Below are positions 38,926-51,242 of a stretch of 64,000 nt of DNA, in pieces. This stretch comes from a candidate division FCPU426 bacterium. GTDB lineage: Bacteria > Oederibacteriota > Muellerivitia > Muellerivitales > Muellerivitaceae. Location: assembly GCA_963771075.1 (NCBI GenBank), contig CAVYSE010000011.1:288001-352000 (forward strand), in the 5' to 3' direction. Every line of letters begins with the position of its first letter. The stretch's first letter is position 1. The translations under genes and the position numbers were made by a program. The notes under the pieces are model-generated. The model made no database searches, was not told the DNA's origin, and saw only the letters and a list, made by a program, of their open reading frames with translations.

Positions 38926-41791
38926 ATGCAAGGCCGCCAATTCAGTTGGAAAATGAACTTATGGAAAGGGTTCCTCCTGATCGCCTTATCGATCTTCCCT
39001 CTTCTTCCGCCGCCCTGGCGGGAACTTGTACGGTTAACGCCTCCCAGACCAACCAATACATCCATTGCATCGGGGCGTCCAGCGCTTGGAGCGGCATCAA
39101 CGGTTTGGGAACGCAGTTATTCGCGGACGACAACGTGAACGGCCATATCGGGCTTCAATCCCTCAGGGCCCGGATCGATCCCACCAACAACTTTTCTTCC
39201 GAAGTGAGTACCTTGGTTTCCGCCAAGGCCGTCAATCCCAATATCCTATTCTGGGCCACCGAATGGTCCCCTCCTGCCCAATACAAGGCCAACGATAACG
39301 TCGATGGCGGTGCCAGTAACGATACCTTCCTAGGAGCCAGTTCGGGTGCGGCCAATAGCGACGGATACGGGATTGGCCAGTTACCAAGTCTCGTTCATCC
39401 AATATTGCAAGAACCAGGGCATCAACCTTTACGCCCTCTCAGTCCAGAACGAGCCGAATTTCAACCCAACCTATGAGGCCTGCCTTTGGTCCGCGGGCCA
39501 GTTTGACGTTTACGTCAAGGCCTTTTATAGCGCCATCCAAAGCGCCGGCCTTTCGACCAAGATCATGATCCCGGAGCCGGACAACCCGGGCGGCATGAAC
39601 CTGGCCTCAACCGCCATGGCCGACTCGACGGCGGCCCCAGAAATCGGAATCATTGCCTCCCATGCCTACGGCGAGAATCTCGCTCCTCTTTCCTCCTACG
39701 GCTTCAGCAACATAACGAACCAGGAATGGTGGGAAACGGAAATATCCGGTAACACGACCGACGTACCAGGTGCCTTGCAGGAAGCGGGCTGGATCCACAC
39801 CAGCTTGGTGGACGCGAGCACGAACGCCTTTCACTATTGGTGGATCCAGGACCTTTACAGCGGCAGCAGCCTCGACATCAAGGCTTTCGTTCTGGGCAAT
39901 TACAGCAAGTTCATACGCCCGGGCTATTACCGTATGGGCGCGACCGAAGTCCCCTCCTCCGGGGTATCAGTGAGCGCCTTCAAGAACACTAATACTTCCT
40001 CTCCCCAGACCATCGTGTTCGTAGCCATCAACGGGAACAGCTCTTCGGTCAACCAAACTTTCACGATCAGCGGGGTCAACGTGACTTCGGTGACTCCCTG
40101 GGTAACCAACGGGAGCACCAACCTCGTCGCCCAACCCGCCGTGGCGGTTTCGGGGGGGAGTTTCACCTATAGCCTGACCGCGACCAGCGTCACGTCTTTC
40201 GTGGGAGTGGTGAGCGGGTCCGTGGCCAACACGGCCACTTTCACACCGACCTTTACCCCGACGCATACCAATACCCCAGTGCCGCCAACGGCGACCAATA
40301 CCTTCACGTCGACCCGTACCAACACGCCGACCGCGACTTTTACCTTTACCTCGACACACACGAATACCCCGGTGCCCCCGACCGCGACTTTTACCTTCAC
40401 GTCGACGCATTCGAATACACCCATACCTCCAACGGCGACTTTCACTTATACCCCGGTGCCGCCAACGGCGACCTATACCTTCACCTCGACCCATACAGCC
40501 GTGCCGCCTACGGCCACCTTTACCTTCACGACGGTCCCGCCGACGAATACCGCGGTGCCTCCGACCTCAACGCCGGTCACGGTGGTAAACACGGTCGTGC
40601 CGCCCACCGCGACCAATACCTTTACGGCGGTTCCACCCACCAATACGCCGGTACCACCGACGAACACTCCTGTACCGCCGACCGCGACTTTCACGGCAAT
40701 GCCCCCGACGGCCACCCACACCGCTGTGCCACCCACCGCGACCAATACCTTTACGGTGGTTCCACCCACCAATACGCCGGTACCACCTACCGCAACCTTT
40801 ACCTTCACAGCGGTGCCGCCGACAGCGACCCATACCCCTGTGCCGCCTACGGCTACATTCACTTATACGCCCGTGCCGCCCACCAATACCTTCACCAACA
40901 CTCCCGTGCCGCCAACGGCGACCAATACCCCGGCCACGGGCACGGGAAGCTTCGCGATCGAACTCTTGAGCGGTGTGACGGCTGATTCCACAAACAGCCC
41001 CCACCCGCAGATCCAGATCGTGAACACCGGTAACGGGCCCCTGGCCTTGAACACGGTGACGGCCAAGTACTGGTTCAATTGCGACTGCACGACCCAAACG
41101 GTCCAGGCCTGGGTGGATTGGGCGGGCTTGATGCCGGCAGGAACCAATGTCACCAGCGATATCCATTTTTCCGTCCAACCCACCAGTTTGGGCGGGCAGA
41201 CCAACTATGTGCTCTACAGCTTCACGGGGAACCTGGTCTTGCAGCCGGGCCAATCGATCCAGATCCAAAGCCGGTTCAACAAGAGCGACTGGAGCAACAT
41301 GCTCCAGGACAACGACTGGAGCTTCGCGGCCTATACGAGCTACACCGATTGGGGCCAATGTGACGGGCTATTTGAGCGGAACCCTGGCCTGGGGCCAAGA
41401 GCCGGCGGGGACCGCGACCGCGGCCTTGAAGGCGGCTAGCGTCGTTTCTTACCCGAACCCCTCGACGGGGAACGGGGTGAACCTGGCGATGAAGCTGACG
41501 GGAGCGGGTCGGGCGGCAACGTCCGCCAAGGCGTCATGGGCGCTTCCGGCAATGTGGAAGCGGTACCCGAACGCGCAAGTCATAGTCAAGGTCTACACGA
41601 TGGAGGGCAGGTTGATCTGGTCGACAGTGTTGCGGGCATCACTTCGGGTCGTCCGGCAGCCACGACCTCTACTGGAATGAGAAGAGACTGGTGGGGTATT
41701 ACCTGGCCAACGGGCTCTACATGGTGACGTGACGGTGAAGTCCAACGGCCAATCCACCACCTCCACCAATAAATTGCTGATTTTGAAATAG
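38926..41791 (+). CDS. GH30-like xylanase A + Thr/Pro linker + CBM3 + CTD; multiply frameshifted (~39005, ~39360, ~41358, several at 41500-41730)
   Basis: EWSPPA, SVQNEP (acid/base), WWETE (nucleophile), [15 protein letters not shown]3 PQIQIVNTG...[17 protein letters not shown]. Confidence 0.8.
40235..41791 (+). repeat. Linker-CBM3-CTD tail, copy 1
   Basis: ~40530-41350 is near-identical to ~43657-44476. Confidence 0.9.
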
Positions 41792-41972
41792 GAACAGCCG
41801 TAAACGGATCCTGCCGTCGCGAAATTCTGGGAAGCGCTTAAGGTGAACGGGCTTCACCCTCAGGCGCTCCCATCAAGGTCGCGGCGGCGGGCCTGTTATT
41901 CAATCGATCAAACCTACTGCTGGCGATTTAACTGAACGTAAATCGAAAATATGAAGATATTTGGAGGACGCC

Positions 41973-44919
41973 ATGAAAGGCTGTCATTTCGGCTGGAGCA
42001 AATTCCAAGGAATTGGACGATTTCATCGCGCCGCGCTGACCCGGGTTTTGCTGGCGTGGTCGTTTATCTTGCTGGGCGCGGGCGTTTCCGAGCTTTACGC
42101 CCAGTCCATACCCACCTCGTTTTCATGGACATCCACCGGCCCCCTCATCAGCCCCAAAAGCGACTCCACCCACAACATGATCGCGGTCAAGGACCCATCC
42201 ACGGTCTACTACAACGGCCAATATATTGTTTACGCCTCCTCGGTCAACTCAGCGGGAAACTACGGCATGGAATACCTGCACTTCACCAACTGGAGCACGG
42301 CCGGAGCCGCCACGCCCTATTTCATGGATAGCAATTCGAATATCGGGAGCGGCTACCACACCGCGCCCCAGGTGTTTTATTTCGCCCCCCAGAACAAGTG
42401 GTACCTGATCTTTCAGAGCGGCCAGCCCCAATACTCCACCAACAGCGACCCCACCCAGCCCCAGAACTGGACCGCCCCGAAGAATTTCTTCGCGTCCCAG
42501 CCCTCGAGCGTGAGCAACTGGATCGACTTCTGGATCATCAGCGATTCTTCGAATGTCTATCTTTTCTTCTGTGGTGACAACGGGAACTTCTACCGAAGCT
42601 CGACCACCCTCGCGAACTTTCCCAACGGCTTTAACACTCCCGTCATCGTCTACACGGATTCCGAGTTCAACCTCTTCGAGGCCGACAACGTCTATACCGT
42701 AGAGAATACGGGTACCTACCTGGCCAATGTCGAATGTATCGGCAGTGACGGGCACCGATTCTTCAGGGCATTAACCGCCACCACCCTCGGCGGCACCTGG
42801 ACACCGCTGGGCAATACGGCGAACCTGAATACGCCCTTTTTGGGGTCGCACAACGTCACCTTTAATTCCGGCGTCACGAACTGGACCCTCGATTTCAGCA
42901 GTGGCGGGGCGGTGATTGATGGCTACGACTCAACTGATTCCATCAACCTCAACAACCTGACCTTTCTCTACCAGGGGGATGTTTCCAATAGTGACTCCTA
43001 CAATCTGATTCCCTGGCAGCTTGCTCTGGTGTCCTCCAAAGCCAATACAAGCGCTACTCCTACGGCAACCTTTACTTTCACCCATACCAACACGCCTGTG
43101 CCGCCAACGCCGACCTATACCTTCACGTCGACTCGCACCAACACGCCGACCGCAACCTTCACCTTTACCCCGACGCATACCAATACCCCGGTGCCGCCGA
43201 CGGCGACCTATACATTCACCTCGACGCACACAAATACGCCGGTACCGCCGACGGCGACCTTTACCTTCACGTCGACGCATACGAATACACCCATACCTCC
43301 CACGGCGACATTCACTTATACCCCGGTGCCGCCGACGGCGACCTATACCTTCACCTCGACCCATACCGCCGTGCCGCCGACCGCGACTTTCACGGCAGTC
43401 CCCCCGACGGCCACCCACACCGCTGTGCCACCCACCGCGACTAATACCTTTACGGCGGTTCCACCGACCAATACTCCGGTACCACCGACGAACACTCCTG
43501 TGCCGCCGACCGCGACTTTTACCTTCACGTCGACGCATTCGAATACACCCATACCCCCCACGGCGACATCCACTTATACCCCGGTGCCGCCAACGGCGAC
43601 CAATACCTTCACCTCGACCATACAGCCGTGCCGCCTACGGCCACCTATACCTTCAGACGGTCCCGCCTACGAATACCGCGGTGCCTCCGACCTCAACGCC
43701 GGTCACGGTGGTGAACACGGTCGTGCCGCCCACAGCGACCAATACCTTTACGGTGATTCCACCAACCAATACGCCGGTACCAGCGACGAACACTCCTGTA
43801 CCGCCGACCGCGACTTTCACGGCAATGCCCCCGACGGCCACCCACACCGCTGTGCCACCCACCGCGACCAATACCTTTACGGTGGTTCCACCCACCAATA
43901 CGCCGGTACCACCTACCGCAACCTTTACCTTCACAGCGGTGCCGCCGACAGCGACCCATACCCCTGTGCCGCCTACGGCTACATTCACTTATACGCCCGT
44001 GCCGCCCACCAATACCTTCACCAACACTCCCGTGCCGCCAACGGCGACCAATACCCCGGCCACGGGCACGGGAAGCTTCGCGATCGAACTCTTGAGCGGT
44101 GTGACGGCTGATTCCACAAACAGCCCCCACCCGCAGATCCAGATCGTGAACACCGGTAACGGGCCCCTGGCCTTGAACACGGTGACGGCCAAGTACTGGT
44201 TCAATTGCGACTGCACGACCCAAACGGTCCAGGCCTGGGTGGATTGGGCGGGCTTGATGCCGGCGGGAACCAATGTCACCAGCGATATCCATTTTTCCGT
44301 CCAACCCACCAGTTTGGGCGGGCAGACCAACTATGTGCTCTACAGCTTCACGGGGAACCTGGTCTTGCAGCCGGGCCAATCGATCCAGATCCAAAGCCGG
44401 TTCAACAAGAGCGACTGGAGCAACATGCTCCAGGACAACGACTGGAGCTTCGCGGCCTATACGAGCTACACCGATTGGGGCCATGTGACAGGCTATTTGA
44501 ACGGAACCCTGGCCTGGGGCCAGGAGCCGGCGGGGACCGCGACCGCGGCCCTGAAGGCGGCTAGCGTGGTTTCTTACCCGAACCCCTCGACGGGGAACGG
44601 GGTGAACCTGGCGATCAAGCTGACGGGCAGCGGGTCGACCGGAACGTCCGCCAGCGTCGTGGGCGCTTCCGGCAATGTGGAAGCGGTGGACCCGAACGCG
44701 CAAGTCGTAGTCAAGGTCTACACGATGGAGGGCAGGCTGATCTGGTCGACGGTGTTGCCGGCCTCCAGCTTCGGGTCGTCGGGCAGCCACGACCTTTACT
44801 GGAATGAGAAGAGTCTGGTGGGGTCTTACCTGGCCAACGGGCTCTACCTGGTGACGGTGACGGTGAAGTCCAACGGCCAATCCACCACCTCCACCAATAA
44901 ATTGCTGATTTTGAAATAA
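41973..44919 (+). CDS. GH62 alpha-L-arabinofuranosidase + linker + CBM3 + CTD (two 1-bp deletions at ~43618 and ~43655)
   Basis: [55 protein letters not shown]. Confidence 0.88.
43150..44919 (+). repeat. Linker-CBM3-CTD tail, copy 2
   Basis: See 40235-41791. Confidence 0.9.
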
Positions 44920-45200
44920 GGAGTTCTTTTAAAGACTGCGTTATACCCGAATTTATCCTCGGAGGATACGCTGAAGCCTTGCCGTTAAATTGGAACTTTC
45001 CGGACGGGGCTGAGGCCTTCCCCAGAGGTTATTTGGGTGAAAACAAGGGAAAAACCATTGTTTTTATTTGTTAAAAGAATTTTGGAATAAAATATCTTCT
45101 ATTCAACACAAATCAACGGAGAAATGTCTCCAATTGCCGTTGGAGGATTTTTCAGGGGCCATCAACGGCCGCCTCCAACTGTCTATTTGGAAGGAAATCC

Positions 45201-48200
45201 ATGCTTGGTAGTCCCGCCAATTTAAAACGTTATCACAAGGTCCTCGGGTTACTTTTCCTCTGGTTCCTTACCCTCGGGTTTTCCTGGGCCGGAACTTGCA
45301 CGGTGGATGCCACCGTAACGAACCAATACATCCATTGCATCGGGGCCTCCAGCGCCTGGAGCGGAGTGGGCAGCCTGGGAACGCAGTTGTTCGCCGACGA
45401 CACCGTGAACGGCCATATCGGCCTGACCTCGCTGAGGACCCGCATCGATCCCACCGCCGTCGGCGGCAACACCGGCAACTGGAACAGCGAGCTAAACAAC
45501 ATCACGGCGGCCCACAATGTTAATCCAAACGTCCTGTTTTGGAGCACTGAGTGGTCGCCTCCTGCTATGTACAAAACCAACAATAGTGTTGATGGAGAGG
45601 TGGTGAACGCGGGGGTTACCAACGTTGGCGCCTTCACGGGCTCCGACACCGGCAATGCCCCTAACAGCGCCGACACGGGCTACGCCCAGTACCTGACCCA
45701 ATACCTCCAATACTGCAAAAGTTACACCGGCGTGAGCCTTTACTCCATCTCGGCCCAAAACGAACCCAGTTTCGAGGTCACCTACGAGGGCGCCAATTGG
45801 ACCACGGGACAATTCGATGTTTTCATCCCATGCCTGGCCGCTTCCATCACGAGCGCCGGGCTATCCACCAAGATCATGATGCCGGAACCGCCGAATGAAT
45901 GGGGCATGAACCTGGGCACCGCCACCATGTCCGACGCCAACGCGGCCCCCCTGGTCAGCATCATCAACACCCATTTGTACGGCACCTTTTACGACACCCT
46001 CGCCCAGATCGCCTCGAATTACGGTTATACCAAACTGACGAACCAGGAATGGTGGGCAACGGAGATTTCCGGTTGCACCACCGGGCTCATCACGGCCCAG
46101 AATTCGGCGGGGTTATGCGTGGCGGGTTGGGCTCACCAGTCCCTGGTCGAGGGCCAGATGAACTCCTTCCATTACTGGTGGCTGGCCGACCTGATCAGCG
46201 GCACCTCCCTCACCGACGCGGCTTTCGTGCTCGGCAATTATTCCAAGTTCATTCGGCCTGGTTATTACCGCATGGGAGCCACTGAGGGCCCCCAGGCCGG
46301 CGTCACGGTTTCCGCCTACAAGAACACCAACAATTCTTCGCCCACCACCTTCGTGATCGTGGCCATCAACTACAACGCCAGCACCGTGAACCAGACCTTC
46401 AGCTTGAACGGCCTCACCACCGCCTCGGTCACGCCCTGGTTAACCGACGTGGGCAATGGACTGGTCCAGCAGGCCGCCGTGCCCGTTTCGGGCAACAGCT
46501 TTACTTACACGATGCCGGTATCCAGCGTGGTCTCTTTCGTGGGCGTCAACAACGCCGGACCCACGCCCACCTATACGGTCACGCCCACGCCGGTGGTGTT
46601 ATCCACGTGGCGGGTGAACGCGGGGGGGCCGCAGTATGTGAGCGCCTCCTCAGGGCTGACCTGGTCGGCGGACGAGAACTATACGGCCGGTTCCACCGTC
46701 GCCAGCGGGGGAGCCGTCACGGGAACCAACGATTCCACCCTTTATGACACCCAGCGCTACGGCACCGACTTTAGCTATTCGTTCAACGTGCCCGCGGGCA
46801 CCTACCAAGTCACCCTGTTGTTCGCAGAGACCTATTCGGGCGATTTTGGGACGGGGGACCGGGTCTTCAACGTGGCCATCAACGGCGTGACCGTCTTGTC
46901 GAACCTGGACGTTTACGCCCAGGTGGGGGCCAATACGGCCTTGAATGAGGTGATCAATAATATCGCCCCCAGCGGAGGGGTCATCACGATCACCTTCACG
47001 GGCACCACCAGCACGGACGGAAACGCCATGGTGGAAGCCCTCCAAATCATTCCCATGCCGCCCACCCCGACGCCCACCCGGACGAGTACCCCCACGGCGA
47101 CACCGACCCACACTTCAACGGCCAGTTGGACCAGCACGGCGACGGCCACGGTTACGGCCACGGGCACTGCCACATCCACTAGGACAAACACAATGACGGT
47201 CACACCTTCCCCTACCCTGACGTCGACGGTCACTTCCACCCAAACTTCCACCTCGACCCGCACCTCCACCGCAACTTTTACAGGTACCGGAACCTTTACG
47301 CCGACGGCCACCCACACCCTGACGCCAACGGTCACCGGAACCTCAACTGCCACTTTCCCCTTCAGCCCGACGGTGACTTCATCGCCTACCTCTTCTTTTA
47401 CCGGAACTATGACCGTGACCCGCACCTCCACGGGAACTTTCACGGGTACGGCAACATCCACCTCAACCTTTACCCCGACCCACACCTCCACCGCAACTTT
47501 TACAGGTACCGAAACCTCCACGCCGACGGCCACCCATACCTTGACGCCCACGAATACCCCAACCTTTAGCTCGACGGCAACCAACACCCCAACAGGGTCG
47601 CCCACGGCCACCTTCCCCTTCACCCCTACGGTCACCCTTTCGCCGACTGTAACGCTGACATCTACCTCGTCTTCCACTCCGACCGCCACCACCACCTTGA
47701 CTTCGAGTTCTACCCCGACCTCGACCCATTCCCTAACGCCCACCAATACATGGACTGACACGAAAACTCCGACCTTTAGCCCGACGGCAACCAACACCCA
47801 GACGGGGTCTCCCACGGCCACCTTCCCCTATAGTCCGACGGTGACCCTGTCCCCCACGACCACTTACACTGGTACGGATACGGCGACCCCCACTTGGACC
47901 GACACTTCAACCTCCACCTTTACTTCGACTTCGACCCACACATTCACCTCAACCGCCACGGCCACCCCAACATCGACCCCCACTTCAACTTCGACGTCCA
48001 GTCATACTTCCACCGCCACTTCGACGCCAACCTCCACCCCCACCTTGACCACGACCTTCACGCCCACCTCGGCAATCGTGAATATCAGCTCGACCTCATC
48101 CACCTTCAATACGCTTTCCGGGTCCGCCGGTGTCACGGCAGTATCCGCGAACCTCAGCGATCCAAGCGCATTAGGGGTTAACCTTACGAATATCACGGTC

Positions 48201-48935
48201 AGCGACCTGGGCGGCAACGCGGGGAATGTCACATCCGTCAGTGTTTATTTGAATGGAATACTGCAGGCTTCCGTTCCCGGGTTCACCGGCAATACGGCCA
48301 CGCTGAGCCTGAACAACGACTTGATCACGTCTACCTCCAACAGCCTGCAGGTCCTGGTGAACTTCTCGGGTTCGGCGGTTGGGACCTATGAGTTCTCAAT
48401 CAGCGGCCTGACGGGAACTAGCATGAATAACGGGGGACAGCCGGTGTCGATCACGGGATTGCCGGTTTCGGGCAACACGGTGAACTGCCAGCAAGCCACG
48501 TCCACGCCCACCCAAACATCCACCCCTACCAACACCTACACCTATACCGCCACATCGACGCTGACCCCCTCGGTGACATGGACCGCGACCTCCACCTGGA
48601 CGATTTCGGCCACCACGACCGGAACGATCACCCCGACCTTTACGCAAACGCCGATACCCCAAAAGATACTGATCCTTTATCCCAACCCGGTGACCGGACC
48701 GACGGTGAATGTGCTGCCGCCCAGTTACACGGGAATCTCGACGGTGAGGGTGGAGATCTTCACGGTGAATTACCGGATGGTCGTGGATGAGACCTTCTAT
48801 TCCGTACCATCCGGAACCAGTGTGACCGTCAACCTGACGAGCAAATGGGGAACCACCCTTGCGAACGGCCTTTATTACGTGGTGGTGGATACGAAGGGCG
48901 GCAAGTCCATTGGCAAACTGCTGGTTTTGCGGTGA
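45201..48935 (+). CDS. GH30-like xylanase B + malectin domain + Thr-rich linker + Ig-like domain + CTD
   Basis: SAQNEP, WWATE; malectin WRVNAGG...LYDTQRYG...YQVTLLFAE...DRVFNVAING; YPNP...ANGLYYVVV...GKLLVLR. Confidence 0.88.
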   Translation: MLGSPANLKRYHKVLGLLFLWFLTLGFSWAGTCTVDATVTNQYIHCIGASSAWSGVGSLGTQLFADDTVNGHIGLTSLRTRIDPTAVGGNTGNWNSELNNITAAHNVNPNVLFWSTEWSPPAMYKTNNSVDGEVVNAGVTNVGAFTGSDTGNAPNSADTGYAQYLTQYLQYCKSYTGVSLYSISAQNEPSFEVTYEGANWTTGQFDVFIPCLAASITSAGLSTKIMMPEPPNEWGMNLGTATMSDANAAPLVSIINTHLYGTFYDTLAQIASNYGYTKLTNQEWWATEISGCTTGLITAQNSAGLCVAGWAHQSLVEGQMNSFHYWWLADLISGTSLTDAAFVLGNYSKFIRPGYYRMGATEGPQAGVTVSAYKNTNNSSPTTFVIVAINYNASTVNQTFSLNGLTTASVTPWLTDVGNGLVQQAAVPVSGNSFTYTMPVSSVVSFVGVNNAGPTPTYTVTPTPVVLSTWRVNAGGPQYVSASSGLTWSADENYTAGSTVASGGAVTGTNDSTLYDTQRYGTDFSYSFNVPAGTYQVTLLFAETYSGDFGTGDRVFNVAINGVTVLSNLDVYAQVGANTALNEVINNIAPSGGVITITFTGTTSTDGNAMVEALQIIPMPPTPTPTRTSTPTATPTHTSTASWTSTATATVTATGTATSTRTNTMTVTPSPTLTSTVTSTQTSTSTRTSTATFTGTGTFTPTATHTLTPTVTGTSTATFPFSPTVTSSPTSSFTGTMTVTRTSTGTFTGTATSTSTFTPTHTSTATFTGTETSTPTATHTLTPTNTPTFSSTATNTPTGSPTATFPFTPTVTLSPTVTLTSTSSSTPTATTTLTSSSTPTSTHSLTPTNTWTDTKTPTFSPTATNTQTGSPTATFPYSPTVTLSPTTTYTGTDTATPTWTDTSTSTFTSTSTHTFTSTATATPTSTPTSTSTSSHTSTATSTPTSTPTLTTTFTPTSAIVNISSTSSTFNTLSGSAGVTAVSANLSDPSALGVNLTNITVSDLGGNAGNVTSVSVYLNGILQASVPGFTGNTATLSLNNDLITSTSNSLQVLVNFSGSAVGTYEFSISGLTGTSMNNGGQPVSITGLPVSGNTVNCQQATSTPTQTSTPTNTYTYTATSTLTPSVTWTATSTWTISATTTGTITPTFTQTPIPQKILILYPNPVTGPTVNVLPPSYTGISTVRVEIFTVNYRMVVDETFYSVPSGTSVTVNLTSKWGTTLANGLYYVVVDTKGGKSIGKLLVLR

Positions 48936-48957
48936 AGGAACAGGCTGCGATACTTTA
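47315..48957 (+). repeat. Thr-linker-Ig-CTD tail, copy 1
   Basis: Highly similar to ~57890-59615, including ~20 bp past the stop codon. Confidence 0.9.
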
Positions 48958-49212
48958 ACGTTTATTTTGGAAAAGAGTGTCCAAATATGTATTGTTAAGC
49001 CACGTCTTATGCAAAGGCGCTGCTTCAACTATGTGCACTCAAGAAGGGTGGCGCTGGAAACTTGGTTATAAGAGCCGGACTGAGGCCCAATTCAAAAGGG
49101 TTGGATTAGCCATCGTACTCTAAGGCATTCGCGCCAGTGCTCTACTCTGCAAGAAAAAAGGATATTGGACCCGGATTTTGAGATGCCTAAAAAAAATCAC
49201 GTGGAATCCATT

Positions 49213-51018
49213 CTACCCTTTCTTAATATATTTCCTCGGGGAAGTTCCGAAAGTTCTGCGGAAAATGATGGAAAAGGTACTGGCCGAAGCGAAGCCGCAT
49301 TCCTGCGCGATCCTTTCTAGTGTCAAGTCACCCTCTTTCAAGAGAGATTCGGCTTTCGATAACCGGGCTTTACGCACATAGCGCCCGAAAGATTGACCCG
49401 AAACCTTCATGAACCATTTCAGGAAAGTCGGAGGCGACAGTTCGGCTCTTTTACTGAGCTTTGAAAGACGCCAAGGTTTGTGCGGCTCCTTGTTGATATC
49501 AAGGAGAATGGTGTTCAAACGAGCCGTGACCGAGGCATCGCGGGGTTTATCTTGGTAACGGGCCAAGCTGTCGATGGATTCCTTGAAGGCGCTGACGAGG
49601 TCTGGAATGGTGTTTGCCGATTCCAACCGATCCATCAATTCCGACCCGAGAGTCCTTGCGGCGGTTTGACCCACGCCCGTACGACGCTCGAATTGCTCCA
49701 AAAGGACATAAAGGGCAGAAAGCATATAGGCTTTTGTTATTTCCGGTACATAACCGTTATAAAGCAACAGGCCTGTGAAATTTTCCCGTGCGTGGGCCAG
49801 TCGGATGGGGGAAGAAAGGGCCATGGAAACGCACAGGTCGCGGATGATATTTTGGATTTTGGGCTCTGACTTTTCCGTGGTTGGGACTGAAGGGGCACTT
49901 GCAAAGAGGTTGTCTTTTCCCGCTTGCACTGCCGAATGAAGGGAAGCAACGGCCTCGTGATAGGACCGTGACAGGTTCGCCCCTTGGGGCATGATGGACC
50001 CGATGCCCGCCACAACACCCATCTGGAGTTTTTGCTCAAGGGTTTTACGAAGGGCCTGTATCTTTTCCCTGATCTCAATTCTAGCTTGGGCGGATGATAG
50101 GTGAGGCTTTGCGGAAGTCAAAACGATAGATCCGTAGTCGCCAAGGGGAGAGCATGCGATCTCTCCCCATTCACGGGTCGTCAAGTAACATTCATGCTGG
50201 AATTTCCGGGCTTGGCAGAGAAGTTCAAATGATCCAGCGTTTATTCCCGGTTTCCTGGGCATGAGGGCCGCCGCAACCGTCGGAACTCGGCTTACGCCGA
50301 CCTCTTCCTTGACCCACTGGGGTATGACATATCCCTTATCGGGTTTGGAGAAGAATTTTTCCTTTCCTATGGCCCAATCCACCCAATAGGGATGGGGCAG
50401 TTGCCGCGAAATAACGTCCACCCTTAACCGGTCCAGTCTCCGCCCAATACCCGGTACCTGGTTTTCGGTCGCCCAAAGCACCAGGAGTTCCATCAAGTTG
50501 AGACAGCCTTCCAAACCCTTTCGGTCCAGGACCGGTGAATTCAAAGCCACCCGGGTAAAGTGCAGGAAATCCCTGTCCAAGTCCGAACCTTCCACCCCGG
50601 TCCAGGCCTTCCATTGCTGGCGGAGATTTTCAACGGTCAGACATTTTTCCAGGATGGGCCCGGAAATCAGGCAACCCCTGTACCGGCCCTGGTCATAGAA
50701 AGGGACCATGAGGTCGATGTAATTCCCAAAACGCCCGATAAAGGGGCGTTTTACCTCCCGCGCCCTTTTGAAGTTGGACCGCATATAGCGGTCATGCCCG
50801 GCCGACTTTCCGAAAAAAATTCCGAAAGTGGAGGGATAGAGATGACCCTCGGCCGCGAAGAGAAACCACCATTCGGTGACCTCGGCATTCACGAAATAAC
50901 AAGGGCGGCCGATATAACTCTGGAACACGACTTGGAATTTTGAAAAAATTTGAAATTCGTTCAGTCGTTCATTCTGGGAAACATTTTTCCTGGTCATAGG
51001 ACCTCCACCCGCGCGCAT
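49213..51018 (-). CDS. AraC-family transcriptional regulator with a large N-terminal sensory region
   Basis: C-terminal ARLSKAESLL...LTLERIAQECGFASASTFSIIFRRTFGTSPRKY. Confidence 0.9.
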   Translation of the reverse strand: MRAGGGPMTRKNVSQNERLNEFQIFSKFQVVFQSYIGRPCYFVNAEVTEWWFLFAAEGHLYPSTFGIFFGKSAGHDRYMRSNFKRAREVKRPFIGRFGNYIDLMVPFYDQGRYRGCLISGPILEKCLTVENLRQQWKAWTGVEGSDLDRDFLHFTRVALNSPVLDRKGLEGCLNLMELLVLWATENQVPGIGRRLDRLRVDVISRQLPHPYWVDWAIGKEKFFSKPDKGYVIPQWVKEEVGVSRVPTVAAALMPRKPGINAGSFELLCQARKFQHECYLTTREWGEIACSPLGDYGSIVLTSAKPHLSSAQARIEIREKIQALRKTLEQKLQMGVVAGIGSIMPQGANLSRSYHEAVASLHSAVQAGKDNLFASAPSVPTTEKSEPKIQNIIRDLCVSMALSSPIRLAHARENFTGLLLYNGYVPEITKAYMLSALYVLLEQFERRTGVGQTAARTLGSELMDRLESANTIPDLVSAFKESIDSLARYQDKPRDASVTARLNTILLDINKEPHKPWRLSKLSKRAELSPPTFLKWFMKVSGQSFGRYVRKARLSKAESLLKEGDLTLERIAQECGFASASTFSIIFRRTFGTSPRKYIKKG

Positions 51019-51242
51019 CAGATTTTAAAGCGGTTTAGTAAAACGTGTTAGTGATTTTATTATTATAAAATAATTATTTTACTGAAATAAAATCTAATTT
51101 TTTCCGCTCTGGTATCCTTCATCAATAATCCCAAAACTTTTTAGGGTTTTTGATGGATCGAATTGAAACCGGTCACATTAGTTGTTTCACTTTGCTTAAG
51201 GGTTGAAACTCATAACGTTTTTGATAAGGCGAGTTTCTTGAA

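Noticed and set aside
46913..47821. Long Val-rich minus-strand ORFs (also 40167-40862, 53519-54286, 57538-58221) and 63225-63929
   Set aside because: Antisense shadows of Thr-rich linkers or of GC-rich real genes
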